Below are positions 1 through 13,085 of a DNA stretch of 64,000 nt, in pieces. The position numbers and the translations under genes are program-made. How positions within the stretch are numbered: the first letter of the stretch is position 1; each line of letters begins with the position of its first letter. Origin of the DNA: an uncultured Lachnospiraceae bacterium (GTDB lineage Bacteria; Bacillota; Clostridia; Lachnospirales; Lachnospiraceae); the NCBI GenBank assembly GCA_902786365.1, contig CADACD010000013.1, forward strand, positions 779 to 64,778, written 5' to 3'. Below the pieces are notes generated by a model. That model was not told the origin of the DNA, ran no database searches, and saw only the letters and a list, made by a program, of their open reading frames with translations.

Positions 1-30
1 GTGAAAATATTAGCTTTTCTTTGAAATTTT

Positions 31-309
31 TTATTTTTTTAATGCATCCATATATGCCACTAATCTTTCTAAATCTGAAAGCGTAATATCAGATTTATTA
101 TATTGCTTTTTTTCCTCTATACCTCTGCTTGGTTTTGAACCTGGTATAAATGGAAGTTGCCCTTCTCTAATCATCTGTTTCGCAAAGATTGTAATAGCAC
201 CTGACACTGACATGCCAAGTTCTTCACATATTTCTGCAAATTCATTCTTTACATTTTCATCTATTGTAATTGTTAATGTTGTCTTTTTCTCTTCTTTTTT
301 GTTAGCCAT
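31..309 (-). CDS. RelB/DinJ-family antitoxin-like ribbon-helix-helix protein
   Basis: 92 aa; TLTITIDENVKNEFAEICEELGMSVSGAITIFAKQMIREGQLPF matches the RelB/DinJ pattern (beta strand, two helices, ending in LPF); RBS GAGG upstream. Confidence 0.75.
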   Translation of the reverse strand: MANKKEEKKTTLTITIDENVKNEFAEICEELGMSVSGAITIFAKQMIREGQLPFIPGSKPSRGIEEKKQYNKSDITLSDLERLVAYMDALKK

Positions 310-345
310 ATACTATTACCTCATACTAAATGATTCTTTTTTATA

Positions 346-888
346 TTAACATGATTGTAATACCATCTCATACAAGTTGTTTCCTTTAGAATCTATCACA
401 ACAATTGCCGGAAAATTTTCTACTTCTAATTTTCTGACTGCTTCCGTTCCCAAATCATCATATGCTATTACTTCACTTTTTTTGATGCTCTTCGATAAAA
501 GTGCTCCTGCTCCTCCGACAGCCGCAAAATAGACTGCATTATTCCGTACAATTGCACTCTTTACTTCTTCGCTTCTCTTACCTTTTCCAATCATTCCCTT
601 TAATCCTAAATCAAGCATTTTAGGTGCATATTTATCCATTCTGCTTGCAGTAGTAGGACCTGCAGAACCTATCGGTCTGCCTTCTCTCGCCGGCGATGGT
701 CCCATGTAATAAATAACATTATTTTCTAAATCAATTGGCAATTTTTCTCCTTTTTCAAGAGCTTCATACATTCTCTTATGAGCTGCATCTCTTGCTGTAT
801 AAATTGTTCCTGTTATATAGACATAATCTCCTGATTTCAGTTCTTTGATTTCACTTCCAATAAGTGGTGCTGTTATGTTTTTCTCCAT
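346..888 (-). CDS. Fe-S hydro-lyase beta subunit (fumarate hydratase class I / tartrate dehydratase family)
   Basis: Motifs TARDAAH, GPTTASRM, GKG, GGAGAL, LGTEA. Confidence 0.9.
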   Translation of the reverse strand: MEKNITAPLIGSEIKELKSGDYVYITGTIYTARDAAHKRMYEALEKGEKLPIDLENNVIYYMGPSPAREGRPIGSAGPTTASRMDKYAPKMLDLGLKGMIGKGKRSEEVKSAIVRNNAVYFAAVGGAGALLSKSIKKSEVIAYDDLGTEAVRKLEVENFPAIVVIDSKGNNLYEMVLQSC

Positions 889-1124
889 TTTTCTACTAAG
901 CCTGTCTTTGTTTTACAAATTTTAAATATTAGATTTATAATTTTCAATCTTGCATTTAATCTGAATATTTAATTTTATATAAGGCTTTTACCTTTCTAAA
1001 TTGTATATCATATATCTTTATAAATATGTCAATGCCTACAAGTAAAGTTTCATAAACTTACCATATCATAATTTTACTACATCTTGAATTTTAAGTATAA
1101 TTTAAGATAATTACCAACATGTTC

Positions 1125-1967
1125 TTACAATTCTCTTGTCACATGTCTGTTCACATGACAGCATATATTGATTCCAACCGGAAGACCTGCTATATGAGTT
1201 GGGTATGTTTCAATATTGACTGCAAATGCCGTGTTTGTGCCTCCCAGACCTCCCGGTCCTATTGAAAGTTGATTGATTTTTTTAAGCAATTCTATTTCCA
1301 ACTCTTTGACATATGGTATGTCTGAATGTACACTTACATTTCTGGTCAATGCTTTCTTTGCAAGGATTGCACATTTTTCAAAATCTCCGCCTATTCCTAC
1401 ACCTATTACCATTGGAGGACAGGCATTCGGACCTGCATCTTTAACTGCAGTGAGAACTGCATTTTTGACTCCCTCTATCCCGTCTGCTGGTTTTAACATA
1501 AATATGCGGCTCATATTCTCACTTCCAAACCCTTTCGGTGCCATCGTGATTGTAACTTTATCTCCATTTACTATTTCGTAGTGTATGATAGCCGGTGTAT
1601 TATCTTTTGTATTTTCTCTGATAAGCGGGTCATTGACAACAGATTTTCTCAAAAATCCGTCAATATACCCTCTCCTAACACCTTCATTAATTGCCTCTTC
1701 AAGGTTTCCTCCTGTGAAATGTACATCCTGACCAATTTTAATAAAAATAACCGCCATTCCTGTATCCTGACAGATTGGTATCATGTCTTCTCTGGCAATT
1801 TTAAGGTTTTCTTCCAATGAATTCAAAACCTTCTTTCCAAGTTCACTCTTTTCACTTTCCACTGCATTTGTAAGACATTCTTTCATATCATCTGAAAGAA
1901 AATGGTTTGCTTCGATACACATTTCTTTGATATTTTCTGTAACTGTTTTTACATCTATTTCTCTCAT
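1125..1967 (-). CDS. Fe-S hydro-lyase alpha subunit (fumarate hydratase class I / tartrate dehydratase family)
   Basis: Motifs PICQDTG, KGFGSEN, NACPP, GPGGLGG, C-terminal CCHVNRH. Confidence 0.9.
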   Translation of the reverse strand: MREIDVKTVTENIKEMCIEANHFLSDDMKECLTNAVESEKSELGKKVLNSLEENLKIAREDMIPICQDTGMAVIFIKIGQDVHFTGGNLEEAINEGVRRGYIDGFLRKSVVNDPLIRENTKDNTPAIIHYEIVNGDKVTITMAPKGFGSENMSRIFMLKPADGIEGVKNAVLTAVKDAGPNACPPMVIGVGIGGDFEKCAILAKKALTRNVSVHSDIPYVKELEIELLKKINQLSIGPGGLGGTNTAFAVNIETYPTHIAGLPVGINICCHVNRHVTREL

Positions 1968-2062
1968 ATTTGTTCTCCACTATCTCTGTATTTTTAACAT
2001 TTTAAATATTTTAAAACATGCGAAATATGCCTTTGTAATTTTATCTTTTTCACTAATACAAT

Positions 2063-2103
2063 AATTCAAGCGGGCTGCTTCATTTAACATTCCCGCCTGA
2101 ATT
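2063..2103 (-). terminator. Hairpin downstream of gyrA, possible terminator
   Basis: aattcaagcggg (2063-2074) / cccgcctgaatt (2092-2103); weak U tract. Confidence 0.4.
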
Positions 2104-2113
2104 TCATCTTTCA

Positions 2114-4843
2114 CTACATCTTATTTTCATCTGCAGTATCTGAATTTTCTACATCTCCCACAGATTGTCTCTCTTCACTATCTTTTTTAGCTGCTTCTAA
2201 CAATCTCTCCAATGAATTATCTTTTACATTACTTGTTACATTATTTTCATTATCTGTGTTCTCATTTGAGATGGTATCTTTTTTTATTTCTGTGGTTTCA
2301 TTCAAATTTTCATCTGCATTTTCACTAATTGTTTTATTAGCATTTTCATTCATATTGTCATCTTTTTCGATAATCTTTACAGTCGAATCTTCTGCATCTT
2401 TTGGATTTTCTCTTACTTTAGCGATGCTTGCTACTTTTACTTTTTCGTTATCAATATTCATCAATTTGACACCGGAAGTATTTCTTCCGATTACGGAAAT
2501 GGTATTTACAGGGAACTGTATGATAATACCCTCATTTGTAATCAACATGACTTCATGCTCGTCATTGACTGCCTTTACACCGATAACATATCCTGTCTTA
2601 TCATTGACTCTGTAGCATTTAAGTCCCTTTCCACCTCGTTTCTGTGTCTTAAATTCAGCAATATCCGTTCTCTTGCCCATTCCGTTTTCAGTGACAATTA
2701 AAAGTGCGTCTCCCTGATTATTAAACTGCATTCCAACAATCTCATCACCGTCTTCCAAATCCATACCAAAGACACCCATCGATGTTCTCCCTGTGTTTCT
2801 GACATCTTTTTCATGGAATCTGATACACATTCCGTACTTGGTAACAAGGAAAATCTCTTTCTCATTATTTGAAGTTTTTACCTCAATTAACTCATCATCT
2901 TCCTTGAGATTAATTGCCTGAAGTCCTGTCCTTCTCATATGTGAAAAATCACTGATATGTGTTTTCTTTACAATACCATGTTTTGTAGCCATGAACAGAT
3001 ATTTCTTGTCTTCATAATTCTTGACAGCTATCACTGCCGATATCTTTTCTCCTGGCTGAAGCTGTAAAAGATTAATTAGTGCTGTTCCTCTCGCTGTTCT
3101 TCCAGCCTCTGGTATCTCATACGCTTTCAGCCTGTAGACTCTTCCAAGATTGGTAAAGAACATAATATAATTGTGAGTATTTGTCATCAACAAATCGACA
3201 ATATAATCGTCATCGATTGTCTGCATACCCTTGATTCCTTTACCTCCTCTATGCTGGCTCTTGAAATTATCTACTGTCATTCTCTTGATATATCCATAAT
3301 TTGTTCTTGCAATAATTGTATTCTCATTAGGAATCAAATCTTCATCTGAAATTTCATCGTCAAAGCCAATCTTTGTTCTCCTGTCATTTCCATATTTTTC
3401 GGCAACAATCATAATTTCTTCTTTAATGACACCGAGAAGTTTCTTTTTATCAGCAAGAATTGACCTAAGCTCGTTTATCTGAATTTCAAGCTCTTTTAAT
3501 TCATTTTCAAGCTTCTCTCTTTCCAAACCTGTCAGAGCTCTCAGACGCATCTCAACAATACTGTGAGCCTGCGCCTCGGTAAGTGAGAATTTTTCCATGA
3601 GAGCTTCTTCTGCTAACTTGGCAGTTCTAGAACCTCTGATAATACTAATAACCTTGTCAATATTGTCAAGTGCAATCAGCAGACCTCTCAAAATATGAGC
3701 ACGCTCTTCTGCCTTATTTAACTCATATTTTGTTCTTCTTGTGACAACATCCTCCTGATGTTTTAAATAATATTTTAACATCTGATAAATATTTAAAATC
3801 TTTGGCTGATTGTCAACAAGTGCCAACATGATGACACCAAATGTGTCCTGGAGCTGAGTATGTTTATATAAGTGATTGAGAATGATGTTAGGGTTCACAT
3901 CTCTTCTCAATTCAATTACAACTCTCATTCCGGACTTGTCTGACTCATCACGCAAATCGGTAATACCGTCTACTTTTTTTTCTTTGACAAGATCTGCTAT
4001 CTTTTCAATCAATTTTGCTTTATTGACCATGTATGGAAGCTCAGTAACAATAATTCTGCTCTTGCCGCTGTCCATCGGTTCGATATTCGTTACTGCTCTT
4101 ACCTTTATCTTTCCACGTCCTGTTCTATAGGCATCTTCTATCCCTCTTCTTCCAAGAATAGTCGCACCTGTCGGAAAATCCGGTCCCTTAATCACATCAA
4201 GCAATTCATCAATATCAGTATCTCTATCTTCATTGACTTTGTTATCAATCAATTTGATAACACCATTTACCACCTCTCTTAAATTGTGAGGTGGAATATT
4301 CGTAGCCATACCTACAGCGATACCACTTGTTCCGTTGATTAAAAGATTCGGCACTCTTGCCGGAAGTACAACAGGTTCTTTTTCTGTTTCATCAAAGTTT
4401 GGTGTGAAATCGACTGTGTCTTTATTGATATCTGCGAGCATCTCCATAGAAATTTTGCTGAGTCTTGCCTCTGTATAACGCATGGCTGCAGCTCCGTCAC
4501 CATCCACTGAACCAAAATTTCCATGTCCGTCTACCAATGGATATCTTGTTGACCATTCCTGTGCAAGATTAACCAACGCTCCATAGATGGAACTGTCACC
4601 ATGTGGATGATATTTACCCATTGTATCACCTACAATACGTGCACATTTACGATGCGGCTTGTCAGGTCCGTTATTCAGCTCTATCATTGAATACAAAATT
4701 CTTCTCTGAACAGGCTTTAAACCATCTCTTACATCCGGAAGGGCTCTTGCCGCAATAACACTCATGGCATAATCAATATAAGACTTTTCCATTGTCTTTT
4801 TCAGGTCTACTTCATGAATTTTGTCAAATTCCTTTTCATCCAT
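2114..4843 (-). CDS. gyrA: DNA gyrase subunit A with long acidic C-terminal tail
   Basis: [25 protein letters not shown] (catalytic Tyr), GyrA-box QHRGGKG. Confidence 0.98.
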   Translation of the reverse strand: MDEKEFDKIHEVDLKKTMEKSYIDYAMSVIAARALPDVRDGLKPVQRRILYSMIELNNGPDKPHRKCARIVGDTMGKYHPHGDSSIYGALVNLAQEWSTRYPLVDGHGNFGSVDGDGAAAMRYTEARLSKISMEMLADINKDTVDFTPNFDETEKEPVVLPARVPNLLINGTSGIAVGMATNIPPHNLREVVNGVIKLIDNKVNEDRDTDIDELLDVIKGPDFPTGATILGRRGIEDAYRTGRGKIKVRAVTNIEPMDSGKSRIIVTELPYMVNKAKLIEKIADLVKEKKVDGITDLRDESDKSGMRVVIELRRDVNPNIILNHLYKHTQLQDTFGVIMLALVDNQPKILNIYQMLKYYLKHQEDVVTRRTKYELNKAEERAHILRGLLIALDNIDKVISIIRGSRTAKLAEEALMEKFSLTEAQAHSIVEMRLRALTGLEREKLENELKELEIQINELRSILADKKKLLGVIKEEIMIVAEKYGNDRRTKIGFDDEISDEDLIPNENTIIARTNYGYIKRMTVDNFKSQHRGGKGIKGMQTIDDDYIVDLLMTNTHNYIMFFTNLGRVYRLKAYEIPEAGRTARGTALINLLQLQPGEKISAVIAVKNYEDKKYLFMATKHGIVKKTHISDFSHMRRTGLQAINLKEDDELIEVKTSNNEKEIFLVTKYGMCIRFHEKDVRNTGRTSMGVFGMDLEDGDEIVGMQFNNQGDALLIVTENGMGKRTDIAEFKTQKRGGKGLKCYRVNDKTGYVIGVKAVNDEHEVMLITNEGIIIQFPVNTISVIGRNTSGVKLMNIDNEKVKVASIAKVRENPKDAEDSTVKIIEKDDNMNENANKTISENADENLNETTEIKKDTISNENTDNENNVTSNVKDNSLERLLEAAKKDSEERQSVGDVENSDTADENKM

Positions 4844-4864
4844 TCTATCATTACTACCTTTCTA

Positions 4865-6934
<2,070 letters not shown>

Positions 6935-6962
6935 TTACTCTGTCAATTTACTCTTACAAAAC

Positions 6963-8063
6963 TTATTTTTCCAATTGGTACAAACTTGCTGTACCTTCTA
7001 CAATCCTGTATATTTTATTGACATTAATCCTGTTTTCTATAAATTCATCTAATCCTGTACATGTGACAATTGTCTGTGTATCATTGATACTATCTATGAG
7101 ATAATTCTGTCTGTTACTGTCAAGCTCTGACATGACATCATCCAAAAGAAGTATCGGATTATCATTGATAATAGTTTTCACTAATTCTATCTCTGATAAT
7201 TTGAGTGACAGAGCCGCTGTTCTCTGCTGTCCCTGACTTCCAAATTTTCTCAAATCTATCTCTTCTAAGTAAAACCCCATATCATCCCTGTGTGGTCCCA
7301 CATTTGTTGTCTTTAATTTAATATCTTTTTCTCTTGAAGCTCTAATTTTATCCTCTAACTCGTTTTCTCCCACATTAGGCTCGTATCTCAAGTGAATAGT
7401 TTCCTTTCCACCTGTTAGTTTTTTATGAATATCGAGAATAATATCATTAATTTGTAGTATAAATTCTTCCCTTCTTTTAATGATTTTATTACCATAATCT
7501 GACAGTTGTATATCCCAAATATCAAGTGTATCATAAAGAGATTTGTCAAAATTAAAACTTAAATCTTTTAAAAGCTTATTTCTCTGGTTCACTATTTTGT
7601 TATAGCTGACCAAATTGTGAAGATAAACTTTATCAATCTGACAGAGCTCCATATCTATAAATCGTCTTCTCTCTGCCGGACCATTCTTGATAATAGACAA
7701 ATCTTCTGGTGAAAAAAATATCACATTGACAATACCAAACAAATCACTTGCTTTTTTGATTGGTATTCCATTAATGGCAATGCCTTTTGTTTTTGACTTT
7801 TTAAGATGAATATCAATCCTGTATGGAACCTCATTCTTAACCACTTTCAGTTTGATATGAGCCTCATTTTCTTTAAAATTGATGATATCTTTATCCTTTG
7901 AACCACGGTGGGATTTGGTGGTGCTGCACAGATAAAGTGCCTCTAAAATATTCGTCTTTCCCTGAGCATTATCACCATAAAGTATATTCTTACCACTGTC
8001 AAATTCAATTTCTAATTCGTTGTAGTTCCTGTAATTTTTAAGTTCAAGAGCTTCGATAATCAT
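6963..8063 (-). CDS. recF: DNA replication and repair protein RecF
   Basis: Walker A GDNAQGKTN, GSQGQQR, LLLDDVMSELD; canonical position. Confidence 0.97.
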   Translation of the reverse strand: MIIEALELKNYRNYNELEIEFDSGKNILYGDNAQGKTNILEALYLCSTTKSHRGSKDKDIINFKENEAHIKLKVVKNEVPYRIDIHLKKSKTKGIAINGIPIKKASDLFGIVNVIFFSPEDLSIIKNGPAERRRFIDMELCQIDKVYLHNLVSYNKIVNQRNKLLKDLSFNFDKSLYDTLDIWDIQLSDYGNKIIKRREEFILQINDIILDIHKKLTGGKETIHLRYEPNVGENELEDKIRASREKDIKLKTTNVGPHRDDMGFYLEEIDLRKFGSQGQQRTAALSLKLSEIELVKTIINDNPILLLDDVMSELDSNRQNYLIDSINDTQTIVTCTGLDEFIENRINVNKIYRIVEGTASLYQLEK

Positions 8064-8078
8064 ATGAATCCTTTCAGT

Positions 8079-8285
8079 TTAACTTATCTTTATCTCTTCA
8101 CCATTGTAGCTTACAATGTCACCTGAAAACAGCTTTTTGCCTCTCTGTGTTTCCACATTTCCATTGACCTTGACTTCTCCCTCAAGTATGACAATTTTTG
8201 CTTCAACACCTGAATTGACAAGACCAGCTGCCTTAAGAGCTTGACCAAGTTTAATGTAATCCTCTCTTAAATTGATTGTATGCAT
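8079..8285 (-). CDS. yaaA: S4-domain RNA-binding protein (YaaA family)
   Basis: YIKLGQALKAAG...GEVKVNG..ETQRGKKL; lies between dnaN and recF; ATG 8285 follows GGAGG. Confidence 0.9.
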   Translation of the reverse strand: MHTINLREDYIKLGQALKAAGLVNSGVEAKIVILEGEVKVNGNVETQRGKKLFSGDIVSYNGEEIKIS

Positions 8286-8321
8286 CTTATCCTCCAACTA
8301 TTTTTTGATTTTTATTCCCGA

Positions 8322-9437
8322 TTACTCTTTGTTCACAGCCTTAAAGTTAACCGGCAAAATCAGGTATATATATGACTCATCTTCAGCCTTTATAAAACAT
8401 GGAGCTTTTGCATTCAGTAAATAGATGTCTATTTCCTCGTCATCTATTACTCTGAGTGCATCTATCAAAAACTTAGGGTTAAATCCAATCATCAAATCTT
8501 TACCCTCTTTGTTGATAAAGATACTTTCATTCATGGAACCCATACTTGAGTCAATCTGTAAATCAAGTGAACCATCCTGTATAGTGATAATAATAGGTTT
8601 TTTATCGCTGTCTCTTACTAAGAGGGTTGCTCTGTCTATCGAAGATAAAAATTCCTTTTTGTTAATTCTGATTTTTGTCTGATAGTCAGAAGACAACATC
8701 TGGTTAATTTTAAAATACTCACCTTCAATTAGTCTGGAAACGACAGTTGTATTGTCAAATTCAAATACAATATGGTTTGATGTAAAGAAAATCCTTACGT
8801 CATCATCATTTCCACCGGTAAGTATTTTTACCATTTCGTTAAGTGTTTTTCCCGGAACAATCACGCTTATTTCATCAAATGATTCTTTTAATTCTATTTT
8901 TCTGATAGATATTCTGTGTCCATCAAGTGAAACTACTTTAAATTCATTTCCTTTAACCTCAAATAATTCACCTGTCATAATCTTATTATTGTCATTATCA
9001 GAGATGGAAAAGATTGTCTGTCTGATAATCTCTCTTAGGCTGAACTGAGAAAGATAGATAAATTTATCTTTTTCCACCATAGGGAGATAGGAAAAATCTT
9101 CACCTGATTTACCAGGTATATTAAATTTAGATTTTTCGCAGTTGATTGTCATAAAACAATTACTGTCAGTTGTAATTGTAATATCATTATCAGGAAGTTT
9201 TCTAACAATTTCAGAAAATATCTTTGCTTCAATAGCAATCTTGCCTTTTTCTAAAACTTCTCCTTCGACAAGTGTCTCTATTCCAAGTTCCATATCATTA
9301 GCTGAAAATTTTATATGATTTGTTGTAGCATTAATCAGTATACATTCAAGAATGGACATTGTTGTTTTGGATGGAACTGCCTTCATAACAATATTCACTG
9401 CATTTGTCAAATCAGACTTCTTGAAAATAAGTTTCAT
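8322..9437 (-). CDS. dnaN: DNA polymerase III beta sliding clamp
   Basis: 371 aa; SLDGHRIS, RLIEGEY, IGFNPKFLIDAL, YLILPV; follows dnaA. Confidence 0.98.
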   Translation of the reverse strand: MKLIFKKSDLTNAVNIVMKAVPSKTTMSILECILINATTNHIKFSANDMELGIETLVEGEVLEKGKIAIEAKIFSEIVRKLPDNDITITTDSNCFMTINCEKSKFNIPGKSGEDFSYLPMVEKDKFIYLSQFSLREIIRQTIFSISDNDNNKIMTGELFEVKGNEFKVVSLDGHRISIRKIELKESFDEISVIVPGKTLNEMVKILTGGNDDDVRIFFTSNHIVFEFDNTTVVSRLIEGEYFKINQMLSSDYQTKIRINKKEFLSSIDRATLLVRDSDKKPIIITIQDGSLDLQIDSSMGSMNESIFINKEGKDLMIGFNPKFLIDALRVIDDEEIDIYLLNAKAPCFIKAEDESYIYLILPVNFKAVNKE

Positions 9438-9469
9438 GTGGATTCTCCTTTCAGGCGCAAGGCCATGTG

Positions 9470-9700
9470 AAAATATATATAATTTAATTTAGTAGTAATA
9501 GTAATAGGCTATGTGGATTTGTTGAAAAGTGCCTCAAAGCCTCGTGGTTGAAGGATCCTTGAAGTGGACAACCCTGTTTTTAAGATGTTAAACCGGGGGG
9601 GATAACCCTTAAATTTATCAACATGTGGATAATGTGGATAAAAAGGATAAATTAGTTATGCACATATAAGTAACATGGATATAAACAATTTATCAACATC
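9470..9700. other. oriC, dnaA-dnaN part: DnaA boxes, DnaA-trios and AT-rich DUE
   Basis: Perfect TGTGGATAA at 9624-9632 and 9633-9641; 1-mismatch boxes at 9615-9623, 9656-9664 and 9690-9698; TAG/TAA trio run at 9490-9507 next to box-like sites at 9512-9528. Confidence 0.9.
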
Positions 9701-9769
9701 TTAAGAATAAATATGACTTTCTCATTCTATATAAGATATTTGCTATAGCATAAGAAAAAATTTTGTATA

Positions 9770-11161
9770 TCAATTTGGAAGTATTTTCTTTTTTATTACT
9801 TCAATTGTATTATTAAGCTGCTCATTTGTCAGAATATCAGCTGAAATCTTTTCATAGCCGTGAATCACTGTAGAATAATGTCTGTTTCCTATTAAAGAGG
9901 CGATATATGAATAGGAATCTTCTGTGAGAAGGCGACACAAATACATGGCTATCTGTCTTGGCATAGCGATATCCTGGCTTTTTTTCTTTGAGGCAATATC
10001 TGTATCAGCAAGTCCAAAATGCTCTGATACAATCTGAATAATCAGAGGGCTTGTCACTTTTACCTGCGAATTAGGGACAATAGAATCCTTTAAAATATCT
10101 TTGGCAAGTTCTAAGTTAATCTGTAAAGGTGAAATCTTTGAATAAGAAATAACCTTTGCAAGTGCACCTTCTAATTCTCTGATATTGGAAACGATATTCG
10201 TTGCAATATAATCTAAAATCTCATCATCCATATCGTAGTCTTCCAGTTCACATTTCTTTTGTAGAATTGCCATTCTGGTTTCATAATCAGGAAAAGAGAT
10301 GTCAACGGAGAGTCCCCATTCAAATCTGTTTCTTAAACGCTCCTCAAGCATTGTAAGTTCTCTCGGTGATTTATCAGAAGATATAATAATCTGTTTTTTT
10401 GCTTCATATAATGTATTGAATGTATGGAAGAACTCTTCCTGGGATCTTTCCTTACCTATAATAAACTGTATATCATCAATCAAAAGAACATCAATGTTTC
10501 TGTATTTGTTTCTAAATTCGTTAACAGCAACAGTGTTCTGATTTTCATTTCGAATGACATTGATAAGTTCATTTGTAAAAGTTTCACTTGTTACATAAAG
10601 AACTTTTTCTTTTATATTATTTTCTAATATATAGTGACCGATGGAGTGCATCAGATGTGTCTTTCCAAGACCGGAACCACCGTATAAAAACAGTGGGTTT
10701 CGTATTTCGCCAGGAGCTTCTGCTACCTTAAGAGCATAGGCATGGGCAAAATTATTGTTTCCACCGACTACAAATGTATCAAAAGTATATTTAGGGTTAA
10801 GATTGGCTTCTTTGAGCTTTATATCAAGAGAATCATCATTAATAATAACAGTATTGTGTTTCATATTATGCATTGGAACCTCAGGTTCACTTTTCTTAAT
10901 ATCTTCAGGCGCTATAAATACTATTTCAAATTCCTCGTGCATAAATTCAGCAATGGTTACTTTGAAATATTTCGTAAATTTTTTTCTGACGTATTCAAGT
11001 GCAGGTTCTTCCTCTACAACGATAGTGACAACTCCGTTTGTTACAGAATATACCTGAAGAGGTGAAAGCCATGCATTAAAAGAAACATCAGTAATATCAT
11101 ATTCCTGTTTCATATAGTCAAGTATTTCATTCCATTTGTTTTGTAATGTTTCTAACATCAT
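9770..11161 (-). CDS. dnaA: Chromosomal replication initiator DnaA
   Basis: LNPKYTFDTFVVG, Walker A GGSGLGKTHL, LLIDDIQF, NIRELEGAL, domain IV RQIAMYL. Confidence 0.99.
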   Translation of the reverse strand: MMLETLQNKWNEILDYMKQEYDITDVSFNAWLSPLQVYSVTNGVVTIVVEEEPALEYVRKKFTKYFKVTIAEFMHEEFEIVFIAPEDIKKSEPEVPMHNMKHNTVIINDDSLDIKLKEANLNPKYTFDTFVVGGNNNFAHAYALKVAEAPGEIRNPLFLYGGSGLGKTHLMHSIGHYILENNIKEKVLYVTSETFTNELINVIRNENQNTVAVNEFRNKYRNIDVLLIDDIQFIIGKERSQEEFFHTFNTLYEAKKQIIISSDKSPRELTMLEERLRNRFEWGLSVDISFPDYETRMAILQKKCELEDYDMDDEILDYIATNIVSNIRELEGALAKVISYSKISPLQINLELAKDILKDSIVPNSQVKVTSPLIIQIVSEHFGLADTDIASKKKSQDIAMPRQIAMYLCRLLTEDSYSYIASLIGNRHYSTVIHGYEKISADILTNEQLNNTIEVIKKKILPN

Positions 11162-11471
11162 TCCATAACCTTTCTAAATCCTAAATATGTAATAAAATTG
11201 TTAAAATTTATCCTAAAAGTGCTAAAATCGGGTTCTAAATGGTAACATATAAAGACGCCAATAAAACATATTTATTCTTTTTTATAAATATGTTTATCAA
11301 TAATAGTTATTGCCTGTTTTTGCTACTGCCTACAGGAATACACCAGGAGAAACAGTAATCAGTGTACAAAGATATATAAGGACAATAATAAAATATGAAT
11401 AATTAATAATATAATTTGTAAACCAACATTATATGTAATAGAACCAAAATCAAAGTACATTCGGTACATTA

Positions 11472-11967
11472 TGTGGATAAAATAGATTTGAAGCACTTAA
11501 AAATGTACTAAAATCTAAAATTAGTCACAAACATATATATATTCTATAACAAAATTAATAAATTTTCAATGATAGATTTTGTTTCGATATGAATAAACTA
11601 TTTATAATAAGAAGAAACGCAATAAGGTTATTATGTGGATAACTTTGTGGATAACATGGATAACTTTTTAGTAGAATTTATAAAAATCCTTGAAAAACCG
11701 CGAAAAAAGCTGGTGTTAAGGAAAAATATTAAGATGTTAATAAATATAATGTGAAAATTATAAAAAATGGTTACAAAAAAAGTAGTTTGAATTTTATGTG
11801 AATTGTGTATAAATTTCAATCAACATTATCAATGTAAAAAAATCCTTGTAAAATAAGGGAAAAAATAGGATAGTAAACATATGTTTATCCACAAGTTATC
11901 CACATTTTATGGATAACTTTATGTAAATCTTAGGCCGAAGTTTATAAAGTGGATAACTTTATCCACA
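11472..11967. promoter_or_regulatory. DnaA-box array between dnaA and rpmH (second part of oriC / dnaA autoregulation)
   Basis: Perfect boxes at 11472-11480, 11634-11642, 11646-11654, 11885-11893, 11896-11904 and 11959-11967; near-matches at 11655, 11908 and 11948. Confidence 0.92.
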
Positions 11968-12001
11968 AAAAAAAGGGAAAACTTTTAAAGAAAAAAAGTG
12001 C

Positions 12002-12030
12002 TTGACTTAATAAGGGTTTTACACTATAAT
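12002..12030 (+). promoter_or_regulatory. Sigma-A promoter of the rpmH operon
   Basis: TTGACT-N17-TATAAT. Confidence 0.85.
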
Positions 12031-12081
12031 TCAAATGATATTTTCAATTTTATAGTTCGATGAAGAGGAGGTGTGTTTAAT

Positions 12082-12216
12082 ATGAAGATGACATTTCAGC
12101 CAAAAAAGAAATCAAGAGCAAGAGTTCATGGTTTTAGAAAAAGAATGAGTACTTCAAGCGGAAGAAAAGTTTTAGCAGCTAGAAGATTAAAAGGAAGAAA
12201 GAAGTTATCAGCTTAG
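12082..12216 (+). CDS. rpmH: 50S ribosomal protein L34 (absent from the ORF track)
   Basis: Translates to [44 protein letters not shown]; RBS GGAGG. Confidence 0.98.
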   Translation: MKMTFQPKKKSRARVHGFRKRMSTSSGRKVLAARRLKGRKKLSA

Positions 12217-12243
12217 ACCGCATTTAATTGTGGTCTTTTCTTC
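12215..12243 (+). terminator. Intrinsic terminator-like hairpin after rpmH
   Basis: agaccgca / tgtggtct stem followed by ttttcttc. Confidence 0.55.
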
Positions 12244-12450
12244 TGTATGAAGCTGAATAGGATTCATAATAATTTGATTTATGAATTAGATTGATTATAC
12301 ATGTATTATGATATAATCGAATATCAGAGTGAATATCAACATATTATATGATAAATGCTGTGTATATATTGTAACCGGTCTGGAGGTGCAATATATACTG
12401 TTTTATTGTATTTATCAGATTTAATCTATCATTATGGAGTAAATATATAA

Positions 12451-12795
12451 ATGAAGAATTTTAATTCTATAAAAAAGAATAGTGAATTTCAGAATGTATA
12501 TAAGTATGGTAAATCTTATGCAAACAGAAACCTTGTTATGTATGTTAATAAAAATAAACGAAAAACAAGTAGAATTGGGATATCAGTAAGTAAAAAAGTA
12601 GGTAACAGCGTAGTGAGGCACAGACTGACCAGATTACTCAGAGAATGTTATAGGTTGAATGAAAATCGATTGAAAGAATGTGTAGATATAGTAGTAGTTG
12701 TCCGGGTAAATGCAGCGGACATTCAATATGAGGAGATGTTATCATCATTTCTTCATTTATGCAGATTACATGATATTATAGAAACGATGGTGTAG
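12451..12795 (+). CDS. rnpA: Ribonuclease P protein component
   Basis: [25 protein letters not shown] (RNR-like motif); synteny. Confidence 0.96.
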   Translation: MKNFNSIKKNSEFQNVYKYGKSYANRNLVMYVNKNKRKTSRIGISVSKKVGNSVVRHRLTRLLRECYRLNENRLKECVDIVVVVRVNAADIQYEEMLSSFLHLCRLHDIIETMV

Positions 12796-12797
12796 CT

Positions 12798-13064
12798 TTG
12801 AAGGGTAATAAGAATATTTTTAGAGCATTTTATGATTTTATTACAAATATTTTCAAAAAGATATTTATTTCATGTATCAGATTTTATCAGATATATCTGT
12901 CTCCATTAAAAAAAACGACACATTGCAGATATATACCGACATGCTCACAATATGCGATAGAAGCAATTGAAAAATATGGACCTGTCAAAGGTACGTTTTT
13001 GGGTTTAAGAAGAATATTAAGGTGCAATCCGTTTTCAAAGGGCGGTTGTGATCCTGTTCCATAA
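12798..13064 (+). CDS. yidD: Membrane protein insertion efficiency factor
   Basis: [15 protein letters not shown]...[17 protein letters not shown]. Confidence 0.95.
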   Translation: MKGNKNIFRAFYDFITNIFKKIFISCIRFYQIYLSPLKKTTHCRYIPTCSQYAIEAIEKYGPVKGTFLGLRRILRCNPFSKGGCDPVP

Positions 13065-13085
13065 AGGAATATCCGGAGGTTATTG

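Noticed and set aside
889-1124. 236-bp gap between hydro-lyase alpha and beta genes with a TTGACA on the minus strand
   Set aside because: Spacing to any -10 candidate is 19-21 bp; no ORF or repeat is evident.
11472-11967. Regularly spaced 9-mers as a possible CRISPR or iteron array
   Set aside because: They are DnaA boxes; there are no long repeats with unique spacers and no cas genes.
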